NCBI GenBank assembly: GCA_965203555.1
Contig: CBDBCY010000004.1
Location: 2,784,001 to 2,848,000 of the forward strand
DNA: 64,000 nt
DNA from: Acidimicrobiia bacterium
GTDB taxonomy: Bacteria; Actinomycetota; Acidimicrobiia; Spongiisociales; ZC4RG35
Direction of reading: 5' to 3'
Positions within the stretch are counted from its first letter, which is position 1, and every line of letters begins with the position of its first letter. Below are positions 1 to 9,323 of this stretch, one piece after another. The translations under genes were made by a program, and so were the position numbers. The notes under the pieces were generated by a model. The model did no database searches and had not been told where the DNA came from. It was given only the letters and a program-made list of their open reading frames with translations.

Positions 1-21
1 CTACATGTACTGGCCCTCAGA

Positions 22-1060
22 CCCGAATTTGGCGGGTGGTTTGGTGTTTTGCCTGGTCAGGGCGCATGCGCGTGGATAGTGTTTCCACTACATTCGGTGG
101 TTTGGGGCTTTTTTAGGGTTGGGTGATGGTGGCTTTGTCCCAGGTGCGGGTGTCGACTCCGATAGCGGCGAGGGTCCGGGTTTGGAGGGGGGTGCGTCGG
201 GTGGTGAGGGTGATTTGGTGCTGGTTGGTGGTCAGGTTCACCCGGCGGATGCGGTTGAGCATTCTTAGTGCCCGGGCGGCGGTGAGGTGTTGGTGGTCGA
301 GGTCGGGATCCTGGACATCGGCTGTGGTGAGAGCGCGGGTGATGAGCGTTTCCATGAGGGCGGCGTAAACACAGACTGCTACGTGCCCGCGGACCCGTTG
401 TTCGGTCCAGTGTCTTACCGGTCGTAGTCGTAGGAAGTCTTTGAGGACCCGGAACCTGTTCTCGATCTTTTGCAACTGCCGGTAGGCGGTCACGATTTGG
501 GTGGTGTCGGCTTGGGCGGGTGTGAGACTGGTGGTGAGCACGTAGCGACCCGCCAACAGCTTTTCATAGGCATGGTTGTCTTCGTTGTAGTGGTAGAGAA
601 AACGACCCGGGCCGATCTCCAGATCGAACAACCGGGCGACCCGCCCGGTGTTGAGGATTCGTTGGGCGGCTCTGCCGATCTTGGCGGGGTCTTTGACCCC
701 ACCGGCGCGGACGCGGCGTTCCAACGCCAACAACCGGGTTTCGGCTGCTTGGATGATCTGGGCGGTGCGTTGGGTGTCCCGCCCGACGCGGGCGTCGGAC
801 TCGACCACCACCATGCGGGTACCGTCTGAGAGGGTGATATCCGCCGCTCTGTTGCCGGGTTGGGGCAAATCGACCCATACCGTGTCCCGGTCAACATCGG
901 CCAACGCTTGGGCGGTGATCCGGTCGCGGCGTAGCCTGGTGGCCAACAGATGATCGTACCCGGCCCGGGCGACCGTTTCCAGGTTCGAAGCTGACATGAG
1001 ACCCCGGTCCGCTACCACACAGATCCGGCCCACCGCGAACCGTTTGGCCAGATCACCCAA
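22..1060 (-). mobile_element. IS1634-family element, 5'-truncated copy (right end plus 3' part of transposase)
   Basis: Starts with CCCGAATTTGGCGGGT at 22, the reverse complement of the right end of the complete copy (8477-8492). Similarity to the complete copy stops abruptly at ~1060. Confidence 0.9.
113..1060 (-). pseudogene. IS1634-family transposase, C-terminal fragment
   Basis: Protein is nearly identical to the C-terminal 315 aa of 6692..8401 (VVADRG, IENRFRVLK, LRPVRHW). The N-terminal part is missing. Confidence 0.9.
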
Positions 1061-1075
1061 TCAAGGAGGCGATGT

Positions 1076-1450
1076 GTGTCTACTTGGCGTTCTGCACGTC
1101 AGGGGATAGGGAGGGCTGCTACAATAGTGACCGTCTTGTCAGCAGACCCGATGCCATCGGTGGCGCTTGCTCACGAATCCGATTTTGAGGACTTTGTGGT
1201 TGCCATGTTTCAAGGAGTTCCCTATAGCAAGGGCCGACCCTGGGGGCTTTCGCGATATGACCTCGAGAATATCAAAGCTATCGTCTCTGACCTCCGGGCC
1301 ATGTTCGGGGTGACCAACCGACAGGCGTTGTATCAACCCGGCTGGCAGCAACTTCCGAACACTGCCTCCATTATGGATCACCTCAAGAACCGAGACTACG
1401 AGGCTGCTTGGGACTTCATTGAGATAGAAAGCGGTTTCCTGCCCGCCTGA
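1076..1450 (+). CDS. Putative antitoxin of an Xre/MbcA-RES type pair
   Basis: AAGGAGG RBS. Lies directly upstream of a RES gene. The C-terminus (IMDHLKNRDYEAAWDFIEIESGFLPA) resembles the MbcA/ParS toxin-binding tail. Confidence 0.5.
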   Translation: MSTWRSARQGIGRAATIVTVLSADPMPSVALAHESDFEDFVVAMFQGVPYSKGRPWGLSRYDLENIKAIVSDLRAMFGVTNRQALYQPGWQQLPNTASIMDHLKNRDYEAAWDFIEIESGFLPA

Positions 1451-1468
1451 CCGGTCTCGGGGCATTCC

Positions 1469-1765
1469 GTGGATATTGGTTCAGCCATACTCTACGCGGG
1501 TTCTGAGTGGCGGTTCTGCAGCATACACAGGGACGTGCTGAACGCTACCGGTTCGACGATAGAAGGAGGGAGATTCAACCCACCCGAGATCCCCGCTTTG
1601 TATTTCTGCGATATCAGGGAGTGCAGCGAAGCCGAATACACAAAGCAACTCTCGGCAGCCCAGCAGTGGGCCGTTCTTAACCCACCGGTGTTCACCGGTG
1701 GCGGCCAGTGCGGTGCTCGCCGTAGCAGGCCCGGGTGGTCAGTACCCCGAGACTCGACGCGGTGA
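1469..1765 (+). pseudogene. RES-domain toxin, C-terminally truncated
   Basis: N-terminal RES motif GSTIEGGRFNPPEIPALYF...EAE is present. Homology is lost after ~1695 and the Ser-bearing half is absent. Confidence 0.7.
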
Positions 1766-1852
1766 TCGACGCGGGTGCCAAGTCGCTGAGCGGCAACGGA
1801 CCGGAAAGGACCGTCCCTCTGTTAGAGGACTGAGAGCGGAAGGGGGACATTA

Positions 1853-2160
1853 GTGCCTCCCTACATGTACTGGCCATCAAAATACGCGGAGTTCGATTTC
1901 GATGAGGAGTCTGCTTTCAAGAACCGCGTGTCGGGAAGCGACATCTTCTATGTTCTTTCCCTACCACCGAGAATGGCGCGCAGGTCCAGGGGCGAACCGT
2001 CGGCATACGATGTGACATACAGTGGCGGGAGGATGATCGCCCGCCCGACCATAGCTGTGGGAGAATTTCCTGCGGGCTATCTTCTCGAGGTCGGGGTTTT
2101 CGTAGAGACTTTCGCCAACCGGGAGAGGTGTGCTACGTGTTCCACGCTCTCTGTCGCTAG
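1853..2160 (+). pseudogene. RelE/BrnT-like toxin, frameshifted near 3' end
   Basis: SAFKNRVSGSDIFYVL...VGEFPAGYLLEVGV, then VCYVFHALCR* in another frame. Resembles the actinobacterial SAxKHG..D....IG...G.LLEV...VxHAM toxin pattern. Confidence 0.5.
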
Positions 2161-2419
2161 GAGACTGCCTGGTCAAAGGGGAGTTGAGCGCCGGCCGGGT
2201 GGTGGGGTTAGGTTGACTGTTTGCCCGGTACTGCGGTCACCGGTGGGGTTTCCCCCTGATATCCACGAGACGGAAGAGGAGGGTTCTGTTCATGACATCG
2301 GGACTTTGCCGCTTTACCACCAGCGGGTGGTGACCAAACCCTAAGGTCGGAATCCTTCCTTGAAAACGTAACTGCTGGGCTGTCAGCGGCTTTCTGTGTG
2401 TAGCAGTTTCTTGCCCGAA

Positions 2420-2550
2420 CCGACGCAGGTTCCGGTCACCACGATCAATGTGAGAACCGTCCACCAGCATCGACGCCACCAACGACAGCTCCCTCCGACC
2501 CGGAAGGGAACCACCTGCCCGACCGTCCATCGTCACGGTGTCGTCTGCAC
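2420..2550 (-). pseudogene. IS1380-like transposase fragment
   Basis: ADDTVTMDGRAGGSLPGRRELSLVASMLVDGSHID resembles the N-terminal region of IS1380-type transposases. No ends identified. Confidence 0.4.
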
Positions 2551-2764
2551 GTCGGGTAGATGCTCTTGGACCTGGCCGGGCGGTTTGGGTTCTTACCCGA
2601 GAGTTTGTTGGAAGTTATGGGCGGATCGCCAGTGCCAGTGCTCCGAGGGTCTGACCGGCGAGACTGAACGCCCGGCGCCAACGGTCCTTCGGGCCGCTTT
2701 TCCCTGATCACCGAGATGGACTCGATCAGGTTGCGACTATCTGGTTGAGGAGGGGTGATAACTA

Positions 2765-3193
2765 GTGGTAGCATCAAGGGATATGAACTCTCCCAATGGG
2801 AGAAGCCCCCGCCTTCTCAGGGCTGCAGAGGTGCCGCCTCTGATGGATCCGGAGTACGACGGGAGAGGCGGTTGGGTAGCACTTGCTCAGTTTGCCCAGC
2901 ATTGGAATCACAACCCCGAGCACCGGGAGTGGATGAAGTCCACCCCCTTGCCGGATACCGCCGATCCGAGAAGGGGCGCCTTGGTGGCTGCCCTTGTTCA
3001 CGCCCTTTGCATCAGGGATGGCTCTTCCGTACCCGATTGGGTGTTGGGTTGGTGTCATCCCACTGCGGTGTGGGCGTCGGCATTTGGCGTTGACGCGGAT
3101 TCGCCCCTCGGGCGCAGCGTGCGTGCCCAATGTCCGGCTGTGTGCGACTATCACCGGGCCTATTTCGAGGTCAGCTTCAGAGACCGTCAATGA
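2765..3193 (+). CDS. Putative antitoxin partner of a DUF6036 nucleotidyltransferase
   Basis: WVALAQF...P.PDTADPRRGALVAALVHALC...VPDWV pattern. Stop overlaps (ATGA) the start of the next gene. Confidence 0.55.
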   Translation: MVASRDMNSPNGRSPRLLRAAEVPPLMDPEYDGRGGWVALAQFAQHWNHNPEHREWMKSTPLPDTADPRRGALVAALVHALCIRDGSSVPDWVLGWCHPTAVWASAFGVDADSPLGRSVRAQCPAVCDYHRAYFEVSFRDRQ

Positions 3194-3690
3194 CTGACTT
3201 GGATCGAGACTTCCTACAGGAAATCTTTGCCGAGATCGACTGCGAGGTCGCCGAATCGGTCGGTGAGCATATATTGATAGTCGGGGGTGCCGCCCTGATC
3301 TTTGCTGGATTGCCCAGGGGAACAACAGATGTTGATACCGTGTCCCGGCTGTCTCCGGAGCCCCTGCGGCAGGCGATACGCGCGGTTGGGGAACGCCACG
3401 ATCTGCCCTATGACTGGGTTCAATGACAGGACACGCCACTTCTTGGGTTCTGATGATCTCTCGGTGTGCGAACATCGGGTGGTGTTCGAGGGGCAGAACA
3501 TCAAGATACTCCGCCCACATCTGCCGTGCCTTCTCGCTATGAAACTCCGCAGTGGTCGAATGCAGGACAGGGGGCATTGCTCCAATTGATCTCATGGGCT
3601 TTCCCCGATGAACCCATCACCGCGTACACGGAGTGGTTCGTTGGCGATCTTGCCAAGAGGATAAAGAGTGATGACGAACCGGTCCGATGA
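3190..3690 (+). pseudogene. DUF6036-type nucleotidyltransferase (toxin-like), two frameshifts
   Basis: ILIVGGAAL...RGTTDVD, then W-FND after a shift at ~3417, then LLAMKLRSGR.QD. A second shift occurs at ~3570. Confidence 0.7.
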
Positions 3691-3901
3691 TGTCCAATGG
3701 AGAGAGGCTTGCCTGAGGGTGGACAGGGCTGCTTCCCTACTAGAGGCTACCCGAAAGAGCGTGGATCCAAATGTATGGGAGGCCCGAGATCGATGGGCAG
3801 AGGTTGCTCGCGGATGGTTGAGGGGAACTGAAAGCATTGATGATGTAATGGAGGCATCCCGCGGATTTGAAATGGCGACCGAAACGGCCACATCAACTTG
3901 A
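3668..3901 (+). CDS. Small hypothetical protein (weak VbhA-antitoxin-like pattern)
   Basis: 77-aa helical ORF overlapping the preceding gene; AASLLE...WLRGTESIDDVM. Confidence 0.35.
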   Translation: MMTNRSDDVQWREACLRVDRAASLLEATRKSVDPNVWEARDRWAEVARGWLRGTESIDDVMEASRGFEMATETATST

Positions 3902-3966
3902 CACCGATTCCTAACCGAGGGGGCAGAGTTTCCTCCCGTATTCCCTTGATGAATCACTATTCCTCA

Positions 3967-4047
3967 TCTATTCCTGTCTATTAACCGGCCCTCTGACCTG
4001 GGGTTTCTCTCTGTTGCCTTACTATTCGTGGTTTAAACGAGGGGGTC
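3967..4047. repeat. ~81-bp direct repeat, copy 1
   Basis: TCTATTCCTGTCTATTAACCGGCCCTCTGACCTGGGGTTTCTCTCT is shared with 5491-5536, then an imperfect match runs to GGGGGTC. Confidence 0.9.
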
Positions 4048-5449
4048 ACCGCGGAGCGGTCCCCAGCGACCAGAAGGCGCCTCGACCGTGGCCTTCGACA
4101 CGAACCAGGCCGTGTTCTCGTAGTTTGTTCAGCATGGCCCTCACGTCGGGTCCCCCCACGCCGAGCAGCTCGGCCAGTTCGCCGCGTTTTGCGGATCCTT
4201 TAGCGAGCCTCGTCAAGATCCTCGCCTCGTCGGCGGTCAGGTTCAAGGTACCACTGCCATCGGCGGCCAGCCAGTAGCCGGAACGGGGAATGCTGCATAT
4301 CACCTCCGCGCCGGTGGTGGCGAAAACGGGTCGACCGATCCCGGCCTCCGCGCACAGACGGACCATTCTCAGGGTGCCCGATCCGAGTTGTTCCACGAGT
4401 CCCCGTCTGAACAGACACGCCATGATGTTCGGGTTCCACGGCCGGGACCCATGGGGCACGTACAGATCGGCCGGAGTGAGTCCGAACGGAAGCCCTCCCG
4501 GGGACACTACTTCCACACGGTCGGAGTAGACGCGGACCTGGATCCGTCCGGCCGTGGCGTAGTCTCGGTGGGCAAGTGCATTGGCGAGTGCTTCGCGTAT
4601 CACCTCCTCGGGTATCTCCAGTCCCACATTGGCCTGCCATCCGCTGATGTGAACCGGACGATGCAGATGGTTTCGGCAGAACTGCATAGCTCGTCTCAAT
4701 GATCCGAAGATGTTGTCTTCCACGATCTGCAGGTCCCGGATTTCTTCACCCAGGTGGGTGCCATCCACCGCGGCGAGATGACACCCGAGGGCGGTGTATT
4801 CGCTGCGAAAGAAGTCGGGAGTGCCGAATAGCGCTATTGCGCCCCGGGTCGGGCGATCCCTGTTGTCCAGTAAGTTCATGGCTTGAAGAATCTCGGATAC
4901 CGAAGCCTTCGGGTCGAATCCGCCTCGACCCTGCGCGATCACCTCGTCGCGAAAGGACAGCACCTCTTGGGCGTCTATTGCGTCCGCCTGTCTTCTGGAT
5001 TCGCCTGTCTCCCAGCGATCGAAGGTGTGAGCCCGTTCCAATACCAACTGCAGTTGCTGCTCCGGTGGCATCTCCACGGTGGAGGTGCCTGAACGGACGT
5101 AGTAGGCGCCTTTGTACGTATAGGGCTTCATGTTCCCGGAGGGCACGGCGGCCACCAGCACCTCGCGACCGCGACCGTCAGGTACCGGGACTCGCTCTAT
5201 GGAAGGAGGGTATGCCGGGTAGATAGCCTCTCGACATGTCGCGGTGATCTTTTCGAGTGTTCTGTCCGCCACATCCTGTCCCACCACTCTCCCGTCGCTA
5301 CAGATTCCGAACAGAACGGATCCGCCCCGTCCGTTCAACATGGCCGACAGCGTTCGGGCCGCCTCTCGTCTTCTGCCCGTGGACAACTTGAATTCGACCC
5401 GCTCCGACTCACCGCCTGCGGCGAGCCTTTCGATGTCGGAGAAATCCAT
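4046..5449 (-). CDS. AlbA_2 (Schlafen-like) / HATPase_c_4 / winged-HTH protein
   Basis: GESERVEFK...SAMLNGRGGSVLFGI (AlbA_2); REALANALAHRDY, VSPGGLP, RPWNP, VEQLGSG (HATPase_c_4); C-terminal HTH ending GHGRGAFW. Confidence 0.85.
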   Translation of the reverse strand: MDFSDIERLAAGGESERVEFKLSTGRRREAARTLSAMLNGRGGSVLFGICSDGRVVGQDVADRTLEKITATCREAIYPAYPPSIERVPVPDGRGREVLVAAVPSGNMKPYTYKGAYYVRSGTSTVEMPPEQQLQLVLERAHTFDRWETGESRRQADAIDAQEVLSFRDEVIAQGRGGFDPKASVSEILQAMNLLDNRDRPTRGAIALFGTPDFFRSEYTALGCHLAAVDGTHLGEEIRDLQIVEDNIFGSLRRAMQFCRNHLHRPVHISGWQANVGLEIPEEVIREALANALAHRDYATAGRIQVRVYSDRVEVVSPGGLPFGLTPADLYVPHGSRPWNPNIMACLFRRGLVEQLGSGTLRMVRLCAEAGIGRPVFATTGAEVICSIPRSGYWLAADGSGTLNLTADEARILTRLAKGSAKRGELAELLGVGGPDVRAMLNKLREHGLVRVEGHGRGAFWSLGTAPR

Positions 5450-5490
5450 ATCGGCTCCTGTGGGACTTCGGGGCCTCTCGCCTTTTCCAT

Positions 5491-5571
5491 TCTATTCCTG
5501 TCTATTAACCGGCCCTCTGACCTGGGGTTTCTCTCTATTCCCTAACTATTCGGGTCTTAAAACGGGGGGTC
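5491..5571. repeat. ~81-bp direct repeat, copy 2
   Basis: Matches 3967-4047. Confidence 0.9.
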
Positions 5572-5618
5572 TTTTACTAGTAATGTAAGGGATTGAGAGG
5601 CTAGGAGGTGAAAGCACC

Positions 5619-6269
5619 ACGTACAGCGAAGTTAGTGGGCGAACAGACGTTGGCGAAGGCGTTGTCGCGGGCATCTACTCCTTTCCACAAGCGGCAGAGA
5701 TCATAGAACGGCGGCATGACGCAACACGCCGCCAGTTACGCCGCTGGCTGGCCGTGGTCACCCCGCCAACAACCGGTAACCCTGAATCCAATGTGATCAG
5801 CTTTCTCGATCTTGTGAGTCTTGAAACGGTATGCCGCTTTAGAGACCAAGGCACCTCACTGCAGAAAGTGAGGAAGGTCTTCGAGGCACTCCGCAGTGCA
5901 GAACCTGGCATAGCGCACCCTCTTGCCCGCCGATCCTTTTTCACTCACGGTGTCAGCGTCTGGGCAAGGGTGAACGGCCACACCCAACAGATCGTCGGCC
6001 GATACCGGGAGAACCTGACCTTCACCAGGGCCATCAAGACCTTGGCGCATGAGATCCGTTTCGTGAATGATGTTGCGGCCGCATGGGACATTTCTCCGTG
6101 GGTTGCGATCGATCCTGCGGTTCGCTTCGGAGCACCGGTGGCGCGCGGCACACGTATCCCGGTATCAACCGTCATGGCAAATCTTGCCGAAGCCACGGAA
6201 GAGGAAGTGGCTGACTGGTACCAGCTAAGCGTCTGCCAGGTCAGAGGCGTTGCAGAGTTCGCGGCGTAA
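5619..6269 (+). CDS. DUF433-domain antitoxin (VapB45-like)
   Basis: GIYSFPQAAEII...QLRRWL HTH, ISFLDLV, and IDPAVRFGAPVARGTRIPV...EEVADWYQL (DUF433). The frame is open upstream of the GTG at 5754, back to an ACG behind AGGAGGT. Confidence 0.8.
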   Translation, partial: TYSEVSGRTDVGEGVVAGIYSFPQAAEIIERRHDATRRQLRRWLAVVTPPTTGNPESNVISFLDLVSLETVCRFRDQGTSLQKVRKVFEALRSAEPGIAHPLARRSFFTHGVSVWARVNGHTQQIVGRYRENLTFTRAIKTLAHEIRFVNDVAAAWDISPWVAIDPAVRFGAPVARGTRIPVSTVMANLAEATEEEVADWYQLSVCQVRGVAEFAA

Positions 6270-6544
6270 CCTCCTTGACGTCCGTTTCCGCCTCGATGCC
6301 AACATTTCTTACCGCGTTGTAAAGAACATAAACCCTGACAGAGAACATCTAACCCATGTCTCCTTCTGTCCTCCGCTCGCATTGGACACCCCGGTCGGTC
6401 CGAAGCAGTAGATGTAGAGGTAGCCAAATGGTGCGCCGCCAACCGTTATGTGATCGTCACCTGTGATTCGGACTTCCGCGGCCGTTCTGCTGGTACCCGA
6501 GCGCTTACTTGCCTTGGAGTCGAAGCGATTGTGTTTACGTATGA

Positions 6545-8492
6545 CCGGAATTTGGCGGGTTGGGGGGTTTGGTGGGGGGTGATTGGTGTGTTGACCTGGG
6601 GTTTTGTGTTGTGAGGGGCTGGTTCCTTAGGGTGTTGTAGTGGCGACATTGTGTTGGTGGGATAGGGTGTGATCTGCTAGTATTGTGGGATATGTTCGTT
6701 AAGACCACCCGCCGTCGGAGGGGCGACAAGGTGTACGAGTACCTGTCGTTGGTGGAATCGGTCCGCAAAGGGTCGAAAGTCGGTCATCGGACCCTTCTTC
6801 GCCTGGGAGAAGTCACCGCTCTGCGCGAAACCGGACAACTGGGACGCATCATTTCGGCGTTGGAACGCCACCTGCACAAACAACGCGTCGATATCGACGG
6901 GTTAGCGGCCGAGCAGGCACCTGCGGTGGGAGGGGTAGCAGCCGCAGCTGCGGTGTGGGACCAGCTGGGTCTGGGCGGGTTCTTCTCCCATATAGGCAGA
7001 AGACGCGGTGCTGGGGCTTTGGAGCATGCGGTGTTCGCGATGGTGGCCAACCGGCTGGTGGATCCTTGTTCCAAACGTCGCCTGCCCGAATGGACAACCG
7101 ATGACGTGGTCATGCCGGCCGGGTGGTCGGCGCCGTCGCTTGACCAGTACTACCGGGCCCTGGACGCGGTGGCCGATGTCAAAGCCGAAACCGAGGAGCA
7201 TCTGTATCGACGGTTATGTGATTTGACCAACCTAAACCTGCGGCTGGTGTGCTATGACCTGACGTCCACCTATTTCGAAGGTTCCACCCACAAAACCGAA
7301 GCGTTTCCGTCGCGGGTGTTCGGATATTCGCGGGATCATCGCCCGGACCGACCCCAGATCGTGATCGGTCTGTTGTGCACCACCGACGGGCTCCCCATCG
7401 CCCATCACGTGTTCGCAGGCAACACCAACGACGCGTCCACCCTATCGGAGGTGTTGGGTGATCTGGCCAAACGGTTCGCGGTAGGCCGAATCTGTGTAGT
7501 AGCGGACCGGGGTCTCATATCAGCTTCCAATCTGGAAACGGTCGCCCAGGCCGGGTTCGATCATCTGTTGGCCACCCGGCTACGCCGCGACCGGGTCACT
7601 GCCCAAGCGTTGGCCGCTGTCGACCGGGACACGGTATGGGTCGGGTTGCCCCAACCCGGTACGAGAGCTGCGGATATCGTCCTCTCAGACGGTACCCGCA
7701 CGGTGGTGGTCGAGTCCGACGCCCGCGTCGGGCGGGACACACAACGCACCGCCCAGATCATCCAAACAGCCGAAACCCGGTTGTTGGCGTTGGAACACCG
7801 CGTCCGCAAAGGCAGAGTCAAAGACCCCGCCAAGATCGGCAGAGCCGCCCAACGAATCCTCAACACCGGGCGGGTCGCCCGGTTGTTCGATCTGGAGATC
7901 GGCCCGGGCCGTTTTCTTTACCACTACAACGAAGACAACCATGCCTACGAGAAGTTGCTGGCTGGTCGCTACGTGCTCACCACCAGTCTCACACCCGTCC
8001 AGGCCGACACCACCCAAATCGTGGCCGCCTACCACCAACTGCAAAACGTCGAGAACAGGTTCCGGGTGCTCAAAGACTTCCTACGACTGCGACCGGTAAG
8101 ACACTGGACCGAACAACGGGTCCGCGGGCACGTAGCAGTCTGTGTTTACGCCGCTCTCATGGAAACGCTCATCACCCGCGCTCTCACCCAAGCCGATGTC
8201 CGGGATCCCGACCTCGACCACCAACACCTCACCGCCGCACGGGCACTAAGAATGCTCAACCGTATCCGCCGGGTGGAACTTACCACCAACAAGCACCAAA
8301 TCACCCTCACCACCCGACGCACCCCCCTCCAAACCCGGACCCTCGCCGCTATCGGAGTCGACACCCGCACCTGGGACAAAGCCACCATCACCCAACCCTA
8401 AAAAAGCCCCAAACCACCGAATGTAGTGGAAACACTATCCACGCGCATGCGCCCTGACCAGGCAAAACACCAACCCACCCGCCAAATTCGGG
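6545..8492 (+). mobile_element. IS1634-family insertion sequence, complete
   Basis: Terminal IRs CCGGAATTTGGCGGGT / ACCCGCCAAATTCGGG. 5-bp duplication TATGA at 6540-6544 and 8493-8497. Confidence 0.95.
6692..8401 (+). CDS. IS1634-family DDE transposase
   Basis: YDLTSTYFEG, FGYSRDHRPDRPQIVIGL, VVADRG, VENRFRVLK, LRPVRHW motifs. Confidence 0.95.
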   Translation: MFVKTTRRRRGDKVYEYLSLVESVRKGSKVGHRTLLRLGEVTALRETGQLGRIISALERHLHKQRVDIDGLAAEQAPAVGGVAAAAAVWDQLGLGGFFSHIGRRRGAGALEHAVFAMVANRLVDPCSKRRLPEWTTDDVVMPAGWSAPSLDQYYRALDAVADVKAETEEHLYRRLCDLTNLNLRLVCYDLTSTYFEGSTHKTEAFPSRVFGYSRDHRPDRPQIVIGLLCTTDGLPIAHHVFAGNTNDASTLSEVLGDLAKRFAVGRICVVADRGLISASNLETVAQAGFDHLLATRLRRDRVTAQALAAVDRDTVWVGLPQPGTRAADIVLSDGTRTVVVESDARVGRDTQRTAQIIQTAETRLLALEHRVRKGRVKDPAKIGRAAQRILNTGRVARLFDLEIGPGRFLYHYNEDNHAYEKLLAGRYVLTTSLTPVQADTTQIVAAYHQLQNVENRFRVLKDFLRLRPVRHWTEQRVRGHVAVCVYAALMETLITRALTQADVRDPDLDHQHLTAARALRMLNRIRRVELTTNKHQITLTTRRTPLQTRTLAAIGVDTRTWDKATITQP

Positions 8493-8771
8493 TATGACTT
8501 GGTTGGCCTCCATACTCAGATCAGCACCATTGGGCGCCGCTTGCCGGTGTGGCAACAACAACTTTTGAAGGATCCATACGGTTCACGGGTGTGGCTGCAG
8601 TACCGGAGAGGGTCCTTACGTCGGGACAAATGAGAGAAGGGTGTAGGGGAACCTCATCCTGAACTCGCTGGTTTCCCCACCGTAGCCCGGTTGGGATGAT
8701 GGCAACAACGGTCGGGTTGTTACCGGCGCGTCCCGGCCCCATGGTCCGCCCCGAGGGTATTGTGCTGGCTG

Positions 8772-9272
8772 ATGAATGAGACATACCGAACCATCCTGGG
8801 CCTTCGGGCTATCCGGGAGTATCAGAACCGTCCCCTTGAGGAGGCACACCTCAACCTGGTGCTGGAGGCGGCCCGGTGGACGGGCAGCGCCAAGAACCTG
8901 CAGAACTGGGCGGTGATCGTTGTCCGCGACTGGGACCAGATCGAGCGGGTGGCGGCGTGCGGCAAAGGCGCCGGGCCGCTGCGGGCTGCGCCGGTGACGC
9001 TGGTCCTGGTCCAGGAACCGGGGGCGTACGAGTTGGACACGGGACGGATGGCGCAGAACATCATGCTGGCGGCGGATTCTCTGGGCATGGCTACCTGCCC
9101 CATCACCCTGCACAGGGACGGTGACGCGGCCCGGGTGCTCGGACTGCCGCCCGGCTGGCGTTGCCGCTACGCCATCTCGCTCGGATACCCGGACCCCGGC
9201 GCCCGTCCTGCAAACTTCGGGGGCCGAAAGCCCATCGGGGAGATCACCCACCACGACTCCTTCGGCCGGTGA
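8772..9272 (+). CDS. Nitroreductase family protein
   Basis: LRAIREY...LEAARWTGSAKNLQNW...DTGRMAQNIMLAA...ISLGYP. Confidence 0.9.
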   Translation: MNETYRTILGLRAIREYQNRPLEEAHLNLVLEAARWTGSAKNLQNWAVIVVRDWDQIERVAACGKGAGPLRAAPVTLVLVQEPGAYELDTGRMAQNIMLAADSLGMATCPITLHRDGDAARVLGLPPGWRCRYAISLGYPDPGARPANFGGRKPIGEITHHDSFGR

Positions 9273-9323
9273 CCGAACGGATGAAGGGTCGGAATCCTTG
9301 TTGAGATCTGAAATGTCGGGTTG

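Larger units (their letters stand above)
6250..8633 (+). pseudogene. PIN-like (DUF5615/VapC45-type) toxin, frameshifted and split by IS1634 (6250-6544 + 8498-8633)
   Basis: RFRLDANIS...DVEVAKWCAANRYVIVTCDSDFR. The frame resumes after removing the IS and one TATGA (VFTYD|LVGLHTQ...RRDK*). Frameshift at ~6400. Confidence 0.75.

Noticed and set aside
2160-2420. Structured ncRNA or IS end
   Set aside because: No recognisable family motif and no matching partner end found by eye.
3940-5571. CRISPR-like array from the CTATTCC-containing repeats
   Set aside because: Only two long copies 1.5 kb apart, no regular spacers and no cas genes.
22-8492. Composite transposon formed by the two inverted IS1634 copies
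   Set aside because: Outer flanks differ (TCAGA versus TATGA), and the right copy has its own duplication, so it inserted independently.
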